Below are positions 20,860 to 29,190 of a DNA stretch of 64,000 nucleotides, in pieces. The DNA comes from a virus. How positions within the stretch are numbered: position 1 is the first letter of the stretch; each line of letters begins with the position of its first letter. The notes below the pieces were generated by a model. It did no database searches. It was not told where the DNA came from and saw only the letters and a list, made by a program, of their open reading frames with translations. Both the position numbers and the translations under genes were made by a program. The stretch lies in IMG/VR virus record IMGVR_UViG_3300042566_000678, positions 32,001 through 96,000 of that record, one strand, 5' to 3'.

Positions 20860-22527
20860 TCAGGGTTTATTTCCTATACTAAATGTATTAGATTTTCCAC
20901 CTGATGCTGGTAGGATAATACTATTAGCCCCAGCCGCTGTTCGTGGAATACTAACTGTATTAGATTTTCCACCTGATGCTGGTAGGATAATACTATTAGT
21001 ACCGGCTGGTGTTTGCGAAATACTAAATGTATTAGATTTTCCACCTGATGCTGGTAGGATAATACTATTAGACACTCCACTTGATGGTGATATGGTAAAT
21101 GGATTACTACTTGGCGTAGTTGGTATCGTAAATCGATTACTATTTGGTGTAGTTTTAATATCCAATAAACTTTCCTCCGCTCTATCCATCGCAGCTTTCT
21201 TTTTAATATTAGCCAATGTATTTTGATACTTTATAGTATCGGCTGGGTCATCGTACACTCTATTTCCTAATTCGTCTTCATCGTAACTATCATCTAATCC
21301 AGATAATCTAGCTGCTTTTTCTCGCATAAATATTTCATCTTGTTCAGCATTAAATTTATCTTGTATTTTTTTAATTTCAGCATCACGTGATGATGGGATA
21401 GTTATTTTATTAGATACCGCATCTTTTGGTGGTATATTAAATTTGTTTGACTCTCCACCTTCGGCTTTTAGTGTTACTGATTTTTTATATTGTGAACCTA
21501 AAGAGTTTGATGTAGAAAACAATCCTTTATTAGTATTAAGAGTACCAGTTGCTGCCCCACTAACACCGCTATCCGACACCGTTGTTTGTCCTAATGATGA
21601 ACTACCCAATGCCTTTGATTCTGCTAATTTCTTTTGAGCCCTTTGAGCCTTTATTTGAGATAATTTATCTTTTGCACCACCAAATAAAGGTGCAACTTTA
21701 GATAAACCATTCATAGCTAAACCTAAAACCTTTGGTGCATTTATAATTTTTTCTTCTAATGTTATGTTATTCTTATATATTGAATTTACATCTGTTAAAG
21801 TTTTATCTGTGGTATCTTTTAGAAAATCGGGTAATTGTAAAATAGATTTAATTGTAGTATCTTCAATTTTTATGTTTTCTGCACTATTTAGCAAACTTTC
21901 TTTAAATTTACCACTACTATCAAAATAATTTGATATAAATGTAAAATCTCCTAAAATTCTATTTGATTTATACCCACGTGCCTTTACAATATCATCCGTA
22001 ACCATTTGAATATCTTTATCAACAAAAATTATATCATTTTGTTCTTCAAATAAATACAATATTTGTTTTAATATATCCTCATCAATTGGATTACCAGCTC
22101 CATCAAACCCAGCATAACTTTTTATACCAGTTGAACCCGCATTTCCTATTTTAGATAAGTCAGTACCTTTTGTGGTTTCATATTTTGTTTTTAAGTATGT
22201 TACTAAACCATTACCACTATCTGTGAAATCAAGTTTAATAATCGTTATATCTTTTATGGTATAATATGGATTGTTTTCAGAATATGCTATCTGTAAATCC
22301 TTATATATGTGTTGGGGTATATAAACTACCTGTGGGTTTGTCCCACCTACTATTTGTATTGCAAAGTTTATTGCTTTCTTTGGAGATACAAATACTTTAT
22401 AGTTAAGTTGTTCGTCTGGATTTTTTGTACGCAAGAATATATTATTCTTTTCAAAATTTCCCCTAAACTCAATAGTTTCACTATCTTCGGTTAGATAGTA
22501 CCCATAAGAATTTGTTGCGTTTTTCAC
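20860..22527 (-). CDS. Hypothetical protein with C-terminal 12/24-aa repeats
   Basis: 555 aa, NSIILPASGGKSNT repeated three times. Confidence 0.6.
   Translation of the reverse strand: MKNATNSYGYYLTEDSETIEFRGNFEKNNIFLRTKNPDEQLNYKVFVSPKKAINFAIQIVGGTNPQVVYIPQHIYKDLQIAYSENNPYYTIKDITIIKLDFTDSGNGLVTYLKTKYETTKGTDLSKIGNAGSTGIKSYAGFDGAGNPIDEDILKQILYLFEEQNDIIFVDKDIQMVTDDIVKARGYKSNRILGDFTFISNYFDSSGKFKESLLNSAENIKIEDTTIKSILQLPDFLKDTTDKTLTDVNSIYKNNITLEEKIINAPKVLGLAMNGLSKVAPLFGGAKDKLSQIKAQRAQKKLAESKALGSSSLGQTTVSDSGVSGAATGTLNTNKGLFSTSNSLGSQYKKSVTLKAEGGESNKFNIPPKDAVSNKITIPSSRDAEIKKIQDKFNAEQDEIFMREKAARLSGLDDSYDEDELGNRVYDDPADTIKYQNTLANIKKKAAMDRAEESLLDIKTTPNSNRFTIPTTPSSNPFTISPSSGVSNSIILPASGGKSNTFSISQTPAGTNSIILPASGGKSNTVSIPRTAAGANSIILPASGGKSNTFSIGNKP
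20876..21071. repeat. 72-bp period tandem repeat, 3 copies
   Basis: GATTTTCCACCTGATGCTGGTAGGATAATACTATTAG identical at 20891, 20963 and 21035. Confidence 0.95.
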
Positions 22528-22529
22528 TA

Positions 22530-22664
22530 TTATCTACCTTGACCTCTATACTTTTTAGGCTTTTCTTCGTATTTACTATACGATTTCTTTGCCTTACCTT
22601 TTGTTCTTTTTCCGAAAGTTACTTTTTTGTTGCTAGAACCAACACTTACTTTAGCTTTTGCCAT
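22530..22664 (-). CDS. Small basic protein (44 aa)
   Basis: MAKAKVSVGSSNKKVTFGKRTKGKAKKSYSKYEEKPKKYRGQGR. Below the ORF track cutoff. ATATTTAT upstream. Confidence 0.75.
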   Translation of the reverse strand: MAKAKVSVGSSNKKVTFGKRTKGKAKKSYSKYEEKPKKYRGQGR

Positions 22665-22709
22665 AGTCTTAATTATTATAGGTTTATTTCCTATAAATAT
22701 CGTAGACAC

Positions 22710-22743
22710 AAAAAAAGTAGTAGATAAAATCCACTACTTTTTT
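22710..22743. terminator. Intrinsic terminator, possibly bidirectional
   Basis: A-run, AGTAGT.GAT/ATC.ACTACT stem, T-run. Confidence 0.7.
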
Positions 22744-22744
22744 A

Positions 22745-22875
22745 TAATCGAGTTAAACATAAAATCTTTTGTACGGGAGGTAAGTGGGGTTTGGTGTTGT
22801 TTCTTTGGGAGTAACTATGGACCAAATATTATATTTCCCCACCAACCATCGTACTATATCGTAACCTTAATTTCT
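22745..22875 (-). ncRNA. Candidate structured ncRNA
   Basis: No ORF between a promoter (22882-22912) and a terminator. Nested stems GTACG/CGTAC, GTGGGG/CCCCAC, TTTGGT/ACCAAA. Confidence 0.5.
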
Positions 22876-23052
22876 ATAAGTCAAAGATACGAAAATTAAT
22901 TCACTAATCAAAATCTTTTAAGGTTTTTTTATAAAATTGTATTATATAAAGAACTATCGGTAAATATCGTAGAAAACGTTGTATTATTCTTCTTTTGGTA
23001 CGGAAATGTTATATTTATATGTAAATAATACAAAATATAAATTTATAAAAAA

Positions 23053-23187
23053 ATGCAATTACTTTTAATTCTTACTTTATGTGCAAGTTTGGCTAGTGGT
23101 ATCCTAGTTAAATTTAGTAACGATAGACCTACTAAATTCCGTTCTCATCAAAAGAATTTGGATAATAACAAATTGTGGCCTAACTAA
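23053..23187 (+). CDS. Small membrane or secreted peptide (44 aa), the only credible plus-strand gene
   Basis: MQLLLILTLCASLASGILVKFSNDRPTKF... with an A-rich leader and ATATTTAT at 23011 on the plus strand. Confidence 0.55.
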   Translation: MQLLLILTLCASLASGILVKFSNDRPTKFRSHQKNLDNNKLWPN

Positions 23188-23347
23188 AAAAGAAAGCCAC
23201 AAACAAGCTAATCGAAAATAGCCAACCCGTTTCCCTTCGAAACTGACTAGTTCTAAAAAAGTATAATCCATTTTCTTCTAAACTATGCATTAGATTTACT
23301 GCATAATATACTAAAATAAATGCAATAGCGTTGCCTGTATGTATCAT
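23180..23347 (-). CDS. Small membrane peptide (55 aa)
   Basis: MIHTGNAIAFILVYY...WLFSISLFVAFFFS. ATGA overlap with the upstream gene. Confidence 0.5.
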   Translation of the reverse strand: MIHTGNAIAFILVYYAVNLMHSLEENGLYFFRTSQFRRETGWLFSISLFVAFFFS

Positions 23348-23589
23348 TGTATGTATTGGGATAGTAGACGATATGAGTATTGTAGCATGTACTCTTCAAA
23401 ATCTTTTTTGTTTGCAAAATCAACCGATTCTGTTTTGATGTAATCGGTACAAAAAGAAGCCAGTTGTTCTGGCTCCTCTTCTATATCCGTTTGCAAATCT
23501 TTTATTGCTTCTTTATATCCAATTTGATAACCTGAATCATATAGTTCAAGCAAACTAGATAGTTGTGTGGTTGAGTTTGACAAATTCAT
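23344..23589 (-). CDS. Hypothetical protein
   Basis: Acidic ORF. Start uncertain, ATG 23589 used. Confidence 0.45.
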   Translation of the reverse strand: MNLSNSTTQLSSLLELYDSGYQIGYKEAIKDLQTDIEEEPEQLASFCTDYIKTESVDFANKKDFEEYMLQYSYRLLSQYIQ

Positions 23590-23797
23590 ATTTGTTATAA
23601 AAAAGGTCTCTAAACGCAGTACCTTTAGATTCTGCCGATTCAAACTCTTCAAATACCTCTACTGGTACATTTTTGTAAGCGTAACTGATTGCAGCGAAAC
23701 TACTCTTAAAATGTAAAAGCATTTCCAAAGTTTCATCGTTATGCGATGCGGAGTGAATTGTACTACTATCCGCTTCTGAATTAAATTCTCTAATCAT
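23555..23797 (-). CDS. KTSC domain protein
   Basis: SSTI......L...F......Y.Y.NVP.EVFEEF..AESKG..F. Confidence 0.85.
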   Translation of the reverse strand: MIREFNSEADSSTIHSASHNDETLEMLLHFKSSFAAISYAYKNVPVEVFEEFESAESKGTAFRDLFYNKYEFVKLNHTTI

Positions 23798-24002
23798 TGT
23801 TATTTTTGTTTTTAGGTTTGTGAAATAAGTCTATAAATATAACTACTAATATTGTTACTACAACAGGTAGCCACATTGGGGCAAATACGATTACCCAAGG
23901 TATATCTATGTACCACTCAATTTTTACTATGAGTAGAACCATAAATAAACCTAGTAGAAATGTAACTAATGCATCTCCACCTTCGTTTGGTTTGCTATCC
24001 AT
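23790..24002 (-). CDS. Small membrane protein
   Basis: Two TM segments, W..VFAP.W motif. Confidence 0.55.
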   Translation of the reverse strand: MDSKPNEGGDALVTFLLGLFMVLLIVKIEWYIDIPWVIVFAPMWLPVVVTILVVIFIDLFHKPKNKNNND

Positions 24003-24262
24003 TAAATTATATTTAAGTTATATAAAATGGTATCACCAAATTCTGCTTTTAAATCTTTTGTAATCCCATTTGGTTTAGGAGCACGAATGGCAGCCTTTGC
24101 TTGGATTTCCAAAAATAATTGAGTTGAATACTTTTCAGCATTCTCAAACGAAATAAAGGTTTTTATACGTTCTCCTTTATTACTAAACACACCATAGATA
24201 ATCCCTAAATTGGGAGAATCAATTTCTTTAATTGAATAAGGATTCTTTTTAAGTCTAGCCAT
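24002..24262 (-). CDS. Hypothetical protein
   Basis: 86 aa, coupled ORF. Confidence 0.5.
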   Translation of the reverse strand: MARLKKNPYSIKEIDSPNLGIIYGVFSNKGERIKTFISFENAEKYSTQLFLEIQAKAAIRAPKPNGITKDLKAEFGDTILYNLNII

Positions 24263-24280
24263 TGTAGTAATTGTTTAAGA

Positions 24281-24463
24281 TTATTGATTACGGCGTCCAC
24301 CGCCACCTTGTGAGAAAATAGATTGAGAACTTGCGTTTCCAAATGGATTCCACTCTCGAACCAATTGAACTCTGCCAGATTCGTTGTTAGTACGTTTTCC
24401 GTAGATAGAAGCGGCTTCTTCTCTCAAAGCCGAAATGCGTTTTGTAACTGATTGATTACTCAT
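24281..24463 (-). CDS. Hypothetical small protein
   Basis: 60 aa directly downstream of the tRNA-like element. Confidence 0.5.
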   Translation of the reverse strand: MSNQSVTKRISALREEAASIYGKRTNNESGRVQLVREWNPFGNASSQSIFSQGGGGRRNQ

Positions 24464-24506
24464 AGATTTTTGTTTTATGTTAAACTGATTAATAAAAAAT
24501 AATTAG

Positions 24507-24635
24507 TGCGGATGGGAGGATTCGAACCTCCAGTTACCACTTCACCGTAAATAATTACGATGGCCGGCCTTTATTTTTGTTATCTCCTTACGTTATGGAG
24601 TTCCCACATTACCATATTGTTAGCCGGTCACCCGC
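24507..24635 (-). ncRNA. tRNA-like RNA of 129 nt with a non-canonical core
   Basis: Acceptor stem GCGGGTG/CATCCGC plus A, perfect T-arm GGAGG-TTCGAAT-CCTCC. No canonical D or anticodon arm. Promoter at 24672-24703. Confidence 0.65.
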
Positions 24636-24671
24636 TTTGTAATAATGAAGGTCGTTTCCCTCATTGTTTTA

Positions 24672-24703
24672 TAAAGATACGCAAAAAATATTTAAAAGTC
24701 AAG
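24672..24703 (-). promoter_or_regulatory. Early-type promoter (CTTGAC...TGCGTATCTTTA subclass)
   Basis: CTTG-N20-TATCTTTA. Confidence 0.75.
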
Positions 24704-24740
24704 TCTTTTGTAAAATATTTTTCAATTATCTTTAATTTTT

Positions 24741-25034
24741 TTATTTAATATAAATGTAATTTAAAATCATAGATTGTTGTATTTGCTTATCTACAACCTG
24801 CGCTTCTAAAATATAATTACGAGCTTCGTTTTCACTACTCAATGGTTGGTTTGAAACATCTACCCAACGCTTAACAATAAATGAGGGAACTTTCTTTTTT
24901 ACTTGTGGGATATATTTTATTGTTCCCTCAATTTGTTTAATAACGATACGATACTTTTCCCTTGCCATAGTTTGGAATGGCGTTAATAATGGTAGTAATC
25001 CTACACATAATGCAATAATTTTAAACTGCTTCAT
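24741..25034 (-). CDS. Hypothetical secreted protein
   Basis: Signal-peptide-like N-terminus. Confidence 0.5.
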   Translation of the reverse strand: MKQFKIIALCVGLLPLLTPFQTMAREKYRIVIKQIEGTIKYIPQVKKKVPSFIVKRWVDVSNQPLSSENEARNYILEAQVVDKQIQQSMILNYIYIK

Positions 25035-25052
25035 TTTTTTAAGTTTTAAGTT

Positions 25053-25691
25053 TTAATTAAGTTTTAATAATCCTCCTATACCGATATAAGGGTTTGGTCT
25101 CATTGTACCTTCATGCACATTACCACCAATTTGAAATTGAATTAAATTATCATTTAAAGATTTACGAACAACTGATATTCCAAATGATTGGAAAGGTTGC
25201 GAAAAATTTGTAGTGATATGTGGTCCCATATACCATTGTACTGTTTTTGGACGATAAATCTCTACAATCTTTTCTTTAACTTGTGGTTTTACATCCGCTA
25301 CCCATTTTCTACTAACCAAACGATTGTGTGAAATCGTATCAGTAATTTGAATCCTACCCACACCATCTTCCAATGTAATGGTTTCATTATGTACATTCTT
25401 TGGATAGTATTGTTGTAAGATTGCCGTAGTATCTAACGCAGTCGCCTTTGTTGGAATTTCTACTAATTTGTATTCAATCTTTGGAACTTTTACAATTTTT
25501 GTTTTTGTAATTGTTCGTGTCTTTGGTACAACTTTGGTTTGTGTTACATTGATTGGTTGGATTATATTGTACGTCTGTGTACCTATAATCTTACCATCTT
25601 TGTATGATTTAACACGCAATACTTTTGCGGTTTGTGCAGTTGCTAACATAGAAGATAGCATCAAAGCACTCATTACTAATAGTTTTTTCAT
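25053..25691 (-). CDS. Hypothetical secreted or envelope protein
   Basis: Signal peptide, T/V/K-rich region, beta-strand C-terminus. Confidence 0.5.
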   Translation of the reverse strand: MKKLLVMSALMLSSMLATAQTAKVLRVKSYKDGKIIGTQTYNIIQPINVTQTKVVPKTRTITKTKIVKVPKIEYKLVEIPTKATALDTTAILQQYYPKNVHNETITLEDGVGRIQITDTISHNRLVSRKWVADVKPQVKEKIVEIYRPKTVQWYMGPHITTNFSQPFQSFGISVVRKSLNDNLIQFQIGGNVHEGTMRPNPYIGIGGLLKLN

Positions 25692-25706
25692 TTTTATTTT
25701 ATTTAA

Positions 25707-26366
25707 TTATCTGTAATTCTCTACAATCTCGTGATGGTCATTTGGCATCATACTTTTAATAGGCTGGTTCTTCATAATAGTTAAAACCTCTTTCATATCA
25801 ATTGGCTCTAATCCATTCCCATCTACACCTACATCCATCATCTTACCTGGTCCAATCCTACGATGTTTAGGTAAGTGAACGTGTCCATGTAAATGTATAA
25901 CACCTCTTGCTAAATTATCCCAACTTGCAATTGGAAAGTGCATTAACATAAACTTTGCTTCATCTTGCGTTGGTGTCCCAACATTCCACTTTACAATCAA
26001 ATCTAACATATTATGTACGGAAGAAAATATTTCTTGTACATCATCTTTGTTTCTAGCAATGTGTTGGTCGTGGTTTCCTAAAATAAGGTGAATGTTTTTA
26101 CAGACCAATCTATCTCTAAACTGACGGATACTTTCAAACCCACCAAAACTCCAATCACCCAAATGAAACAAAATATCATCTTGCCCAACGGATGCGTTTA
26201 TACCTTCGACTAACCTATCATTCATCGTATCTAATGAATTGAATATACGAAAATTATTACCACTTCCCTTATTCCAAGTAGTAGTGGCAGAGCAGATGTT
26301 TGCATGGTTAAAGTGAGTATCACTAGTAAACCATAATCTTTGTCCTTTATTTAATGTAATTTTCAT
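25707..26366 (-). CDS. Calcineurin-like metallophosphoesterase
   Basis: SDTHF, HLGD, GNHD, HGHVH and DVGVD motifs. Confidence 0.9.
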   Translation of the reverse strand: MKITLNKGQRLWFTSDTHFNHANICSATTTWNKGSGNNFRIFNSLDTMNDRLVEGINASVGQDDILFHLGDWSFGGFESIRQFRDRLVCKNIHLILGNHDQHIARNKDDVQEIFSSVHNMLDLIVKWNVGTPTQDEAKFMLMHFPIASWDNLARGVIHLHGHVHLPKHRRIGPGKMMDVGVDGNGLEPIDMKEVLTIMKNQPIKSMMPNDHHEIVENYR

Positions 26367-26370
26367 ATAT

Positions 26371-26402
26371 CAAAGGTAAGTAAAAAAATCCACAATTCCT
26401 AA
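26371..26402 (-). promoter_or_regulatory. 32-bp repeated promoter, copy 1
   Basis: TTAGGAATTGTGGATTTTTTTACTTACCTTTG (TTAG-N20-TACCTTTG). Confidence 0.8.
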
Positions 26403-26406
26403 TTTT

Positions 26407-26847
26407 TTAATCGAAAAATTCTACAATAATTCCGGCTTCTTTAAACATTTGATTGGAGCGTTCTGCTGACTCTTGCCACTTTGGACTCATTGCACCTTTA
26501 CCACTCCGTAGTACAATCTTCTCTACACCTGCTGATATAATTGCTCTTGCACAATCTGCACAACTAATACCACACGTCATATACATAGTAGTACCCAATG
26601 TGGATACACCGATACGAGCTGCGTTGTAAATACAATTTCGCTCTGCGTGTTCAAACCAAAAGTATTTCTCCGGCTTCTCTTGTCTTTCTACAACATCATC
26701 GTTTATACCACGAGGAAATGAGTTATAGCCGGTAGATACAATTTCATTGTTCTTACCAACTAACACCACACCAATCTTTGTATTATTATCTTTTGATTTC
26801 AACTTAACCTGTTCGGCGATGTTGATAAAGTATTCATCCCAATTCAT
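26407..26847 (-). CDS. dCMP deaminase
   Basis: WD.YF..IA, STGYN, HAERN and SCADC motifs. Confidence 0.9.
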   Translation of the reverse strand: MNWDEYFINIAEQVKLKSKDNNTKIGVVLVGKNNEIVSTGYNSFPRGINDDVVERQEKPEKYFWFEHAERNCIYNAARIGVSTLGTTMYMTCGISCADCARAIISAGVEKIVLRSGKGAMSPKWQESAERSNQMFKEAGIIVEFFD

Positions 26848-27221
26848 TATCCTATAACTCTGTTTATATAACTTCTTAAAAATAAATAAAGTAAATCGTA
26901 GTGTCTAATTACTTCCATAGGAATAACTGTATCTTTTAATATGTTATACGATGGTTTACTATTTTCCCACAACTTTACATCCAATTTACACACATCTCTA
27001 TATCTACCCAGTTCATCTGGGTAATTTAGTATCTCTCTATTTAAATTAAAGCAACCATTATAAGTTGTATTATTTGTATTGTTTGTATAATCAAACGGAA
27101 TGGAATATACATCATCAAATGTAGATAGATTAAACATCTTAAACTCAAACAACTCGCTATTACTACCAAACTGACTTTTATCAATCAGTTTATCAATCTT
27201 ATCTATGTTTATTCTTTTCAT
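26847..27221 (-). CDS. MLTIxN-family paralog (divergent)
   Basis: MKRINIDKIDKL...YSI.F...LNR...IRH plus a C-terminal helix. Confidence 0.5.
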   Translation of the reverse strand: MKRINIDKIDKLIDKSQFGSNSELFEFKMFNLSTFDDVYSIPFDYTNNTNNTTYNGCFNLNREILNYPDELGRYRDVCKLDVKLWENSKPSYNILKDTVIPMEVIRHYDLLYLFLRSYINRVIG

Positions 27222-27258
27222 ATGTTTAACTATTAAATTGTAATATACAACAAATATT

Positions 27259-27474
27259 TTACTTTTCCAAATTTTTCACACCATATTTTATGTATTTATA
27301 CCAAAATCTTTCGTGAAGAAAATAGATGAATGGTTTTAATACCAACTCACCCAAACTAAATGCTACTCCTATACGGACATCGCCACTCAAATACCACATA
27401 GTTAAGAAGCCAATAGAACTACTGATTATTCTGTAACTAATTGTTTTTAATATATGTCTTTTTACATCTATCAT
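27259..27474 (-). CDS. DUF2061-like membrane protein
   Basis: RH.LKTISYR...YF.HER.W. Confidence 0.75.
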   Translation of the reverse strand: MIDVKRHILKTISYRIISSSIGFLTMWYLSGDVRIGVAFSLGELVLKPFIYFLHERFWYKYIKYGVKNLEK

Positions 27475-27492
27475 TATATAACTAGATTAGCT

Positions 27493-28566
27493 TTACTCAT
27501 CATTGTTTCTAAATGGCTTCTCATACTTTGGTTTAATCATACTCCATATAATATGGTCATATGGTTGTTTATCCCACATCTTAAACATTACCGCAGATAA
27601 TTCTTTTGGAAATTGCTTAACATATTCTGCGAACTCCTTTTTAGTTGGTTCTACCTCCTTATCATTATACTTACCATAACGGAAACTATCGTGATATTTA
27701 CCTGCTCTCTCATCTATTGAGTGAAAACTATATCGTAAGTTCATAGCAGTTCGCTTAACCCAATCATCAAACTCATCGGGTACTCTTTCCAAAAATGGTC
27801 CTAAATCTTCTCCGTTTTTTAATAACTCCCATATATCTTTGGTAGAAAAGTTGGTAAGTATTCTGTGTAATCTCACATACTCATCTCCTTTAATCTTCAT
27901 ACGCATACCACCTGAAAAACGAATTACATATCCTTCGTTATCCTTTGAGATTTCTTTTTTAAGAGTTTTCCAATCTTCTCCCCAAGTCTTATACATCTTA
28001 ACAACTTCCCATCCACTCATCGCCTCAATCTTAACCTCTTCACCCGTTTCGTTATTATATGCACCCAACAAAACTAATTTCTCATCAGTACCATAATCTA
28101 CAACGATACGATTTTCTGGATAAATGATTTCAGCCAAATAAGTGTTATTAGTATCCAACACATCTAATGGTAACTTATCCAACATCTCCTTACCTTTGAT
28201 TGATTGTTCGGACGTGAATGAACCACGAGTTGCTATCAACCACTCACCTTCGTAATGGAATATAATACCTAACGAACCATCCATCTTCTCATACACCTCA
28301 AACGATTCACTTGGGATTGGTGGTAATTTAGAACCTTCGGCAGCATGTTCTTCGTAGTTGAAGAATTTTGGGAATGGCTTGGCAATAACATTGCCTTCTA
28401 AATCTAAAACCAATCCTCTACAATTTAAAGTAATATCATCCCATATACCACTATATTGTGTGGTACGAGAATAGTTGTATATTAACAACGGGAGTGTGGG
28501 GTGTCTTTGTGCAATCACATAATCACCTTCCAAATAATCCGATATATCACTTAAATTGTATTTCAT
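27493..28566 (-). CDS. RNA ligase (T4 Rnl1-like)
   Basis: CRGL, KFFN, EKMDGSLG (motif I), EGYV and KIK motifs. Confidence 0.9.
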   Translation of the reverse strand: MKYNLSDISDYLEGDYVIAQRHPTLPLLIYNYSRTTQYSGIWDDITLNCRGLVLDLEGNVIAKPFPKFFNYEEHAAEGSKLPPIPSESFEVYEKMDGSLGIIFHYEGEWLIATRGSFTSEQSIKGKEMLDKLPLDVLDTNNTYLAEIIYPENRIVVDYGTDEKLVLLGAYNNETGEEVKIEAMSGWEVVKMYKTWGEDWKTLKKEISKDNEGYVIRFSGGMRMKIKGDEYVRLHRILTNFSTKDIWELLKNGEDLGPFLERVPDEFDDWVKRTAMNLRYSFHSIDERAGKYHDSFRYGKYNDKEVEPTKKEFAEYVKQFPKELSAVMFKMWDKQPYDHIIWSMIKPKYEKPFRNNDE

Positions 28567-28946
28567 AATTTTATACTGAAACGATTTCGCATGTTTCCTA
28601 ATGTTGCATCTGGTACGTTGTGGATACTCTCACCATTGTGTCGGTTCTCTATAATCACCGATGTTACTTTGTATCCATATGTTTTGGCTAACTCATAGTA
28701 ATCTTCCATTTCCCACTCTTGTGTAAAAGTGTTGGATACAATTACTTTTGGTTTCTCTCTTTCCATATAGGATTGACATTGTTCTTTACACCAACGATGG
28801 GCTTCTTTGATTTTATTTATATCAAACTTATACTCACCACCTACCATAAAGTACATATCCGCCTCACAACGGAAACCACCAATCAAATCTGCGAATGTAG
28901 ATTTACCACTACCCGGCAATCCCCTTACTAATATCAGTTCCTTCAT
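28563..28946 (-). CDS. P-loop kinase (AAA_33, polynucleotide-kinase-like)
   Basis: RGLPGSGKST, VSNT and H.VP motifs. Start moved to MKELIL. Confidence 0.85.
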   Translation of the reverse strand: MKELILVRGLPGSGKSTFADLIGGFRCEADMYFMVGGEYKFDINKIKEAHRWCKEQCQSYMEREKPKVIVSNTFTQEWEMEDYYELAKTYGYKVTSVIIENRHNGESIHNVPDATLGNMRNRFSIKL

Positions 28947-29133
28947 TTGTTTTTTTAATTTCTTTCTTATGTTTAACAATTGCTTCACTCAACTCTTCCT
29001 TACTCATCTCCAAATAATTTGGAATACCTTTCTTCTTTGCGATAAACTGCAACTCATGCAAAAACAATTTGCCTGATTGTATAAATGATTTAGCGGGAGC
29101 TTCATCGTACTGAAATTCATTTGGATGTGTCAT
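28909..29133 (-). CDS. Rho termination factor N-terminal-like (HeH) small protein
   Basis: L.ELQ.IAKKKGI.NY..M.KEEL..AI. Start ATG 29133. Confidence 0.6.
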   Translation of the reverse strand: MTHPNEFQYDEAPAKSFIQSGKLFLHELQFIAKKKGIPNYLEMSKEELSEAIVKHKKEIKKTNEGTDISKGIAG

Positions 29134-29155
29134 ATGTGTTTGTTTTAGTGAATAA

Positions 29156-29187
29156 CAAAGGTAAGTAAAAAAATCCACATTTCCTAA
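29156..29187 (-). promoter_or_regulatory. 32-bp repeated promoter, copy 2
   Basis: 31/32 identical to copies 1 and 3. Confidence 0.8.
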
Positions 29188-29190
29188 TTA

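Noticed and set aside
20876-21071. 72-bp period repeat as a CRISPR array
   Set aside because: The repeats are in frame inside a CDS, the intervening parts resemble each other, there are only three copies, and no cas genes are present.
24507-24635. Canonical tRNA or tmRNA
   Set aside because: No correctly placed D arm or 7-nt anticodon loop. No G3-U70 pair or tag reading frame.
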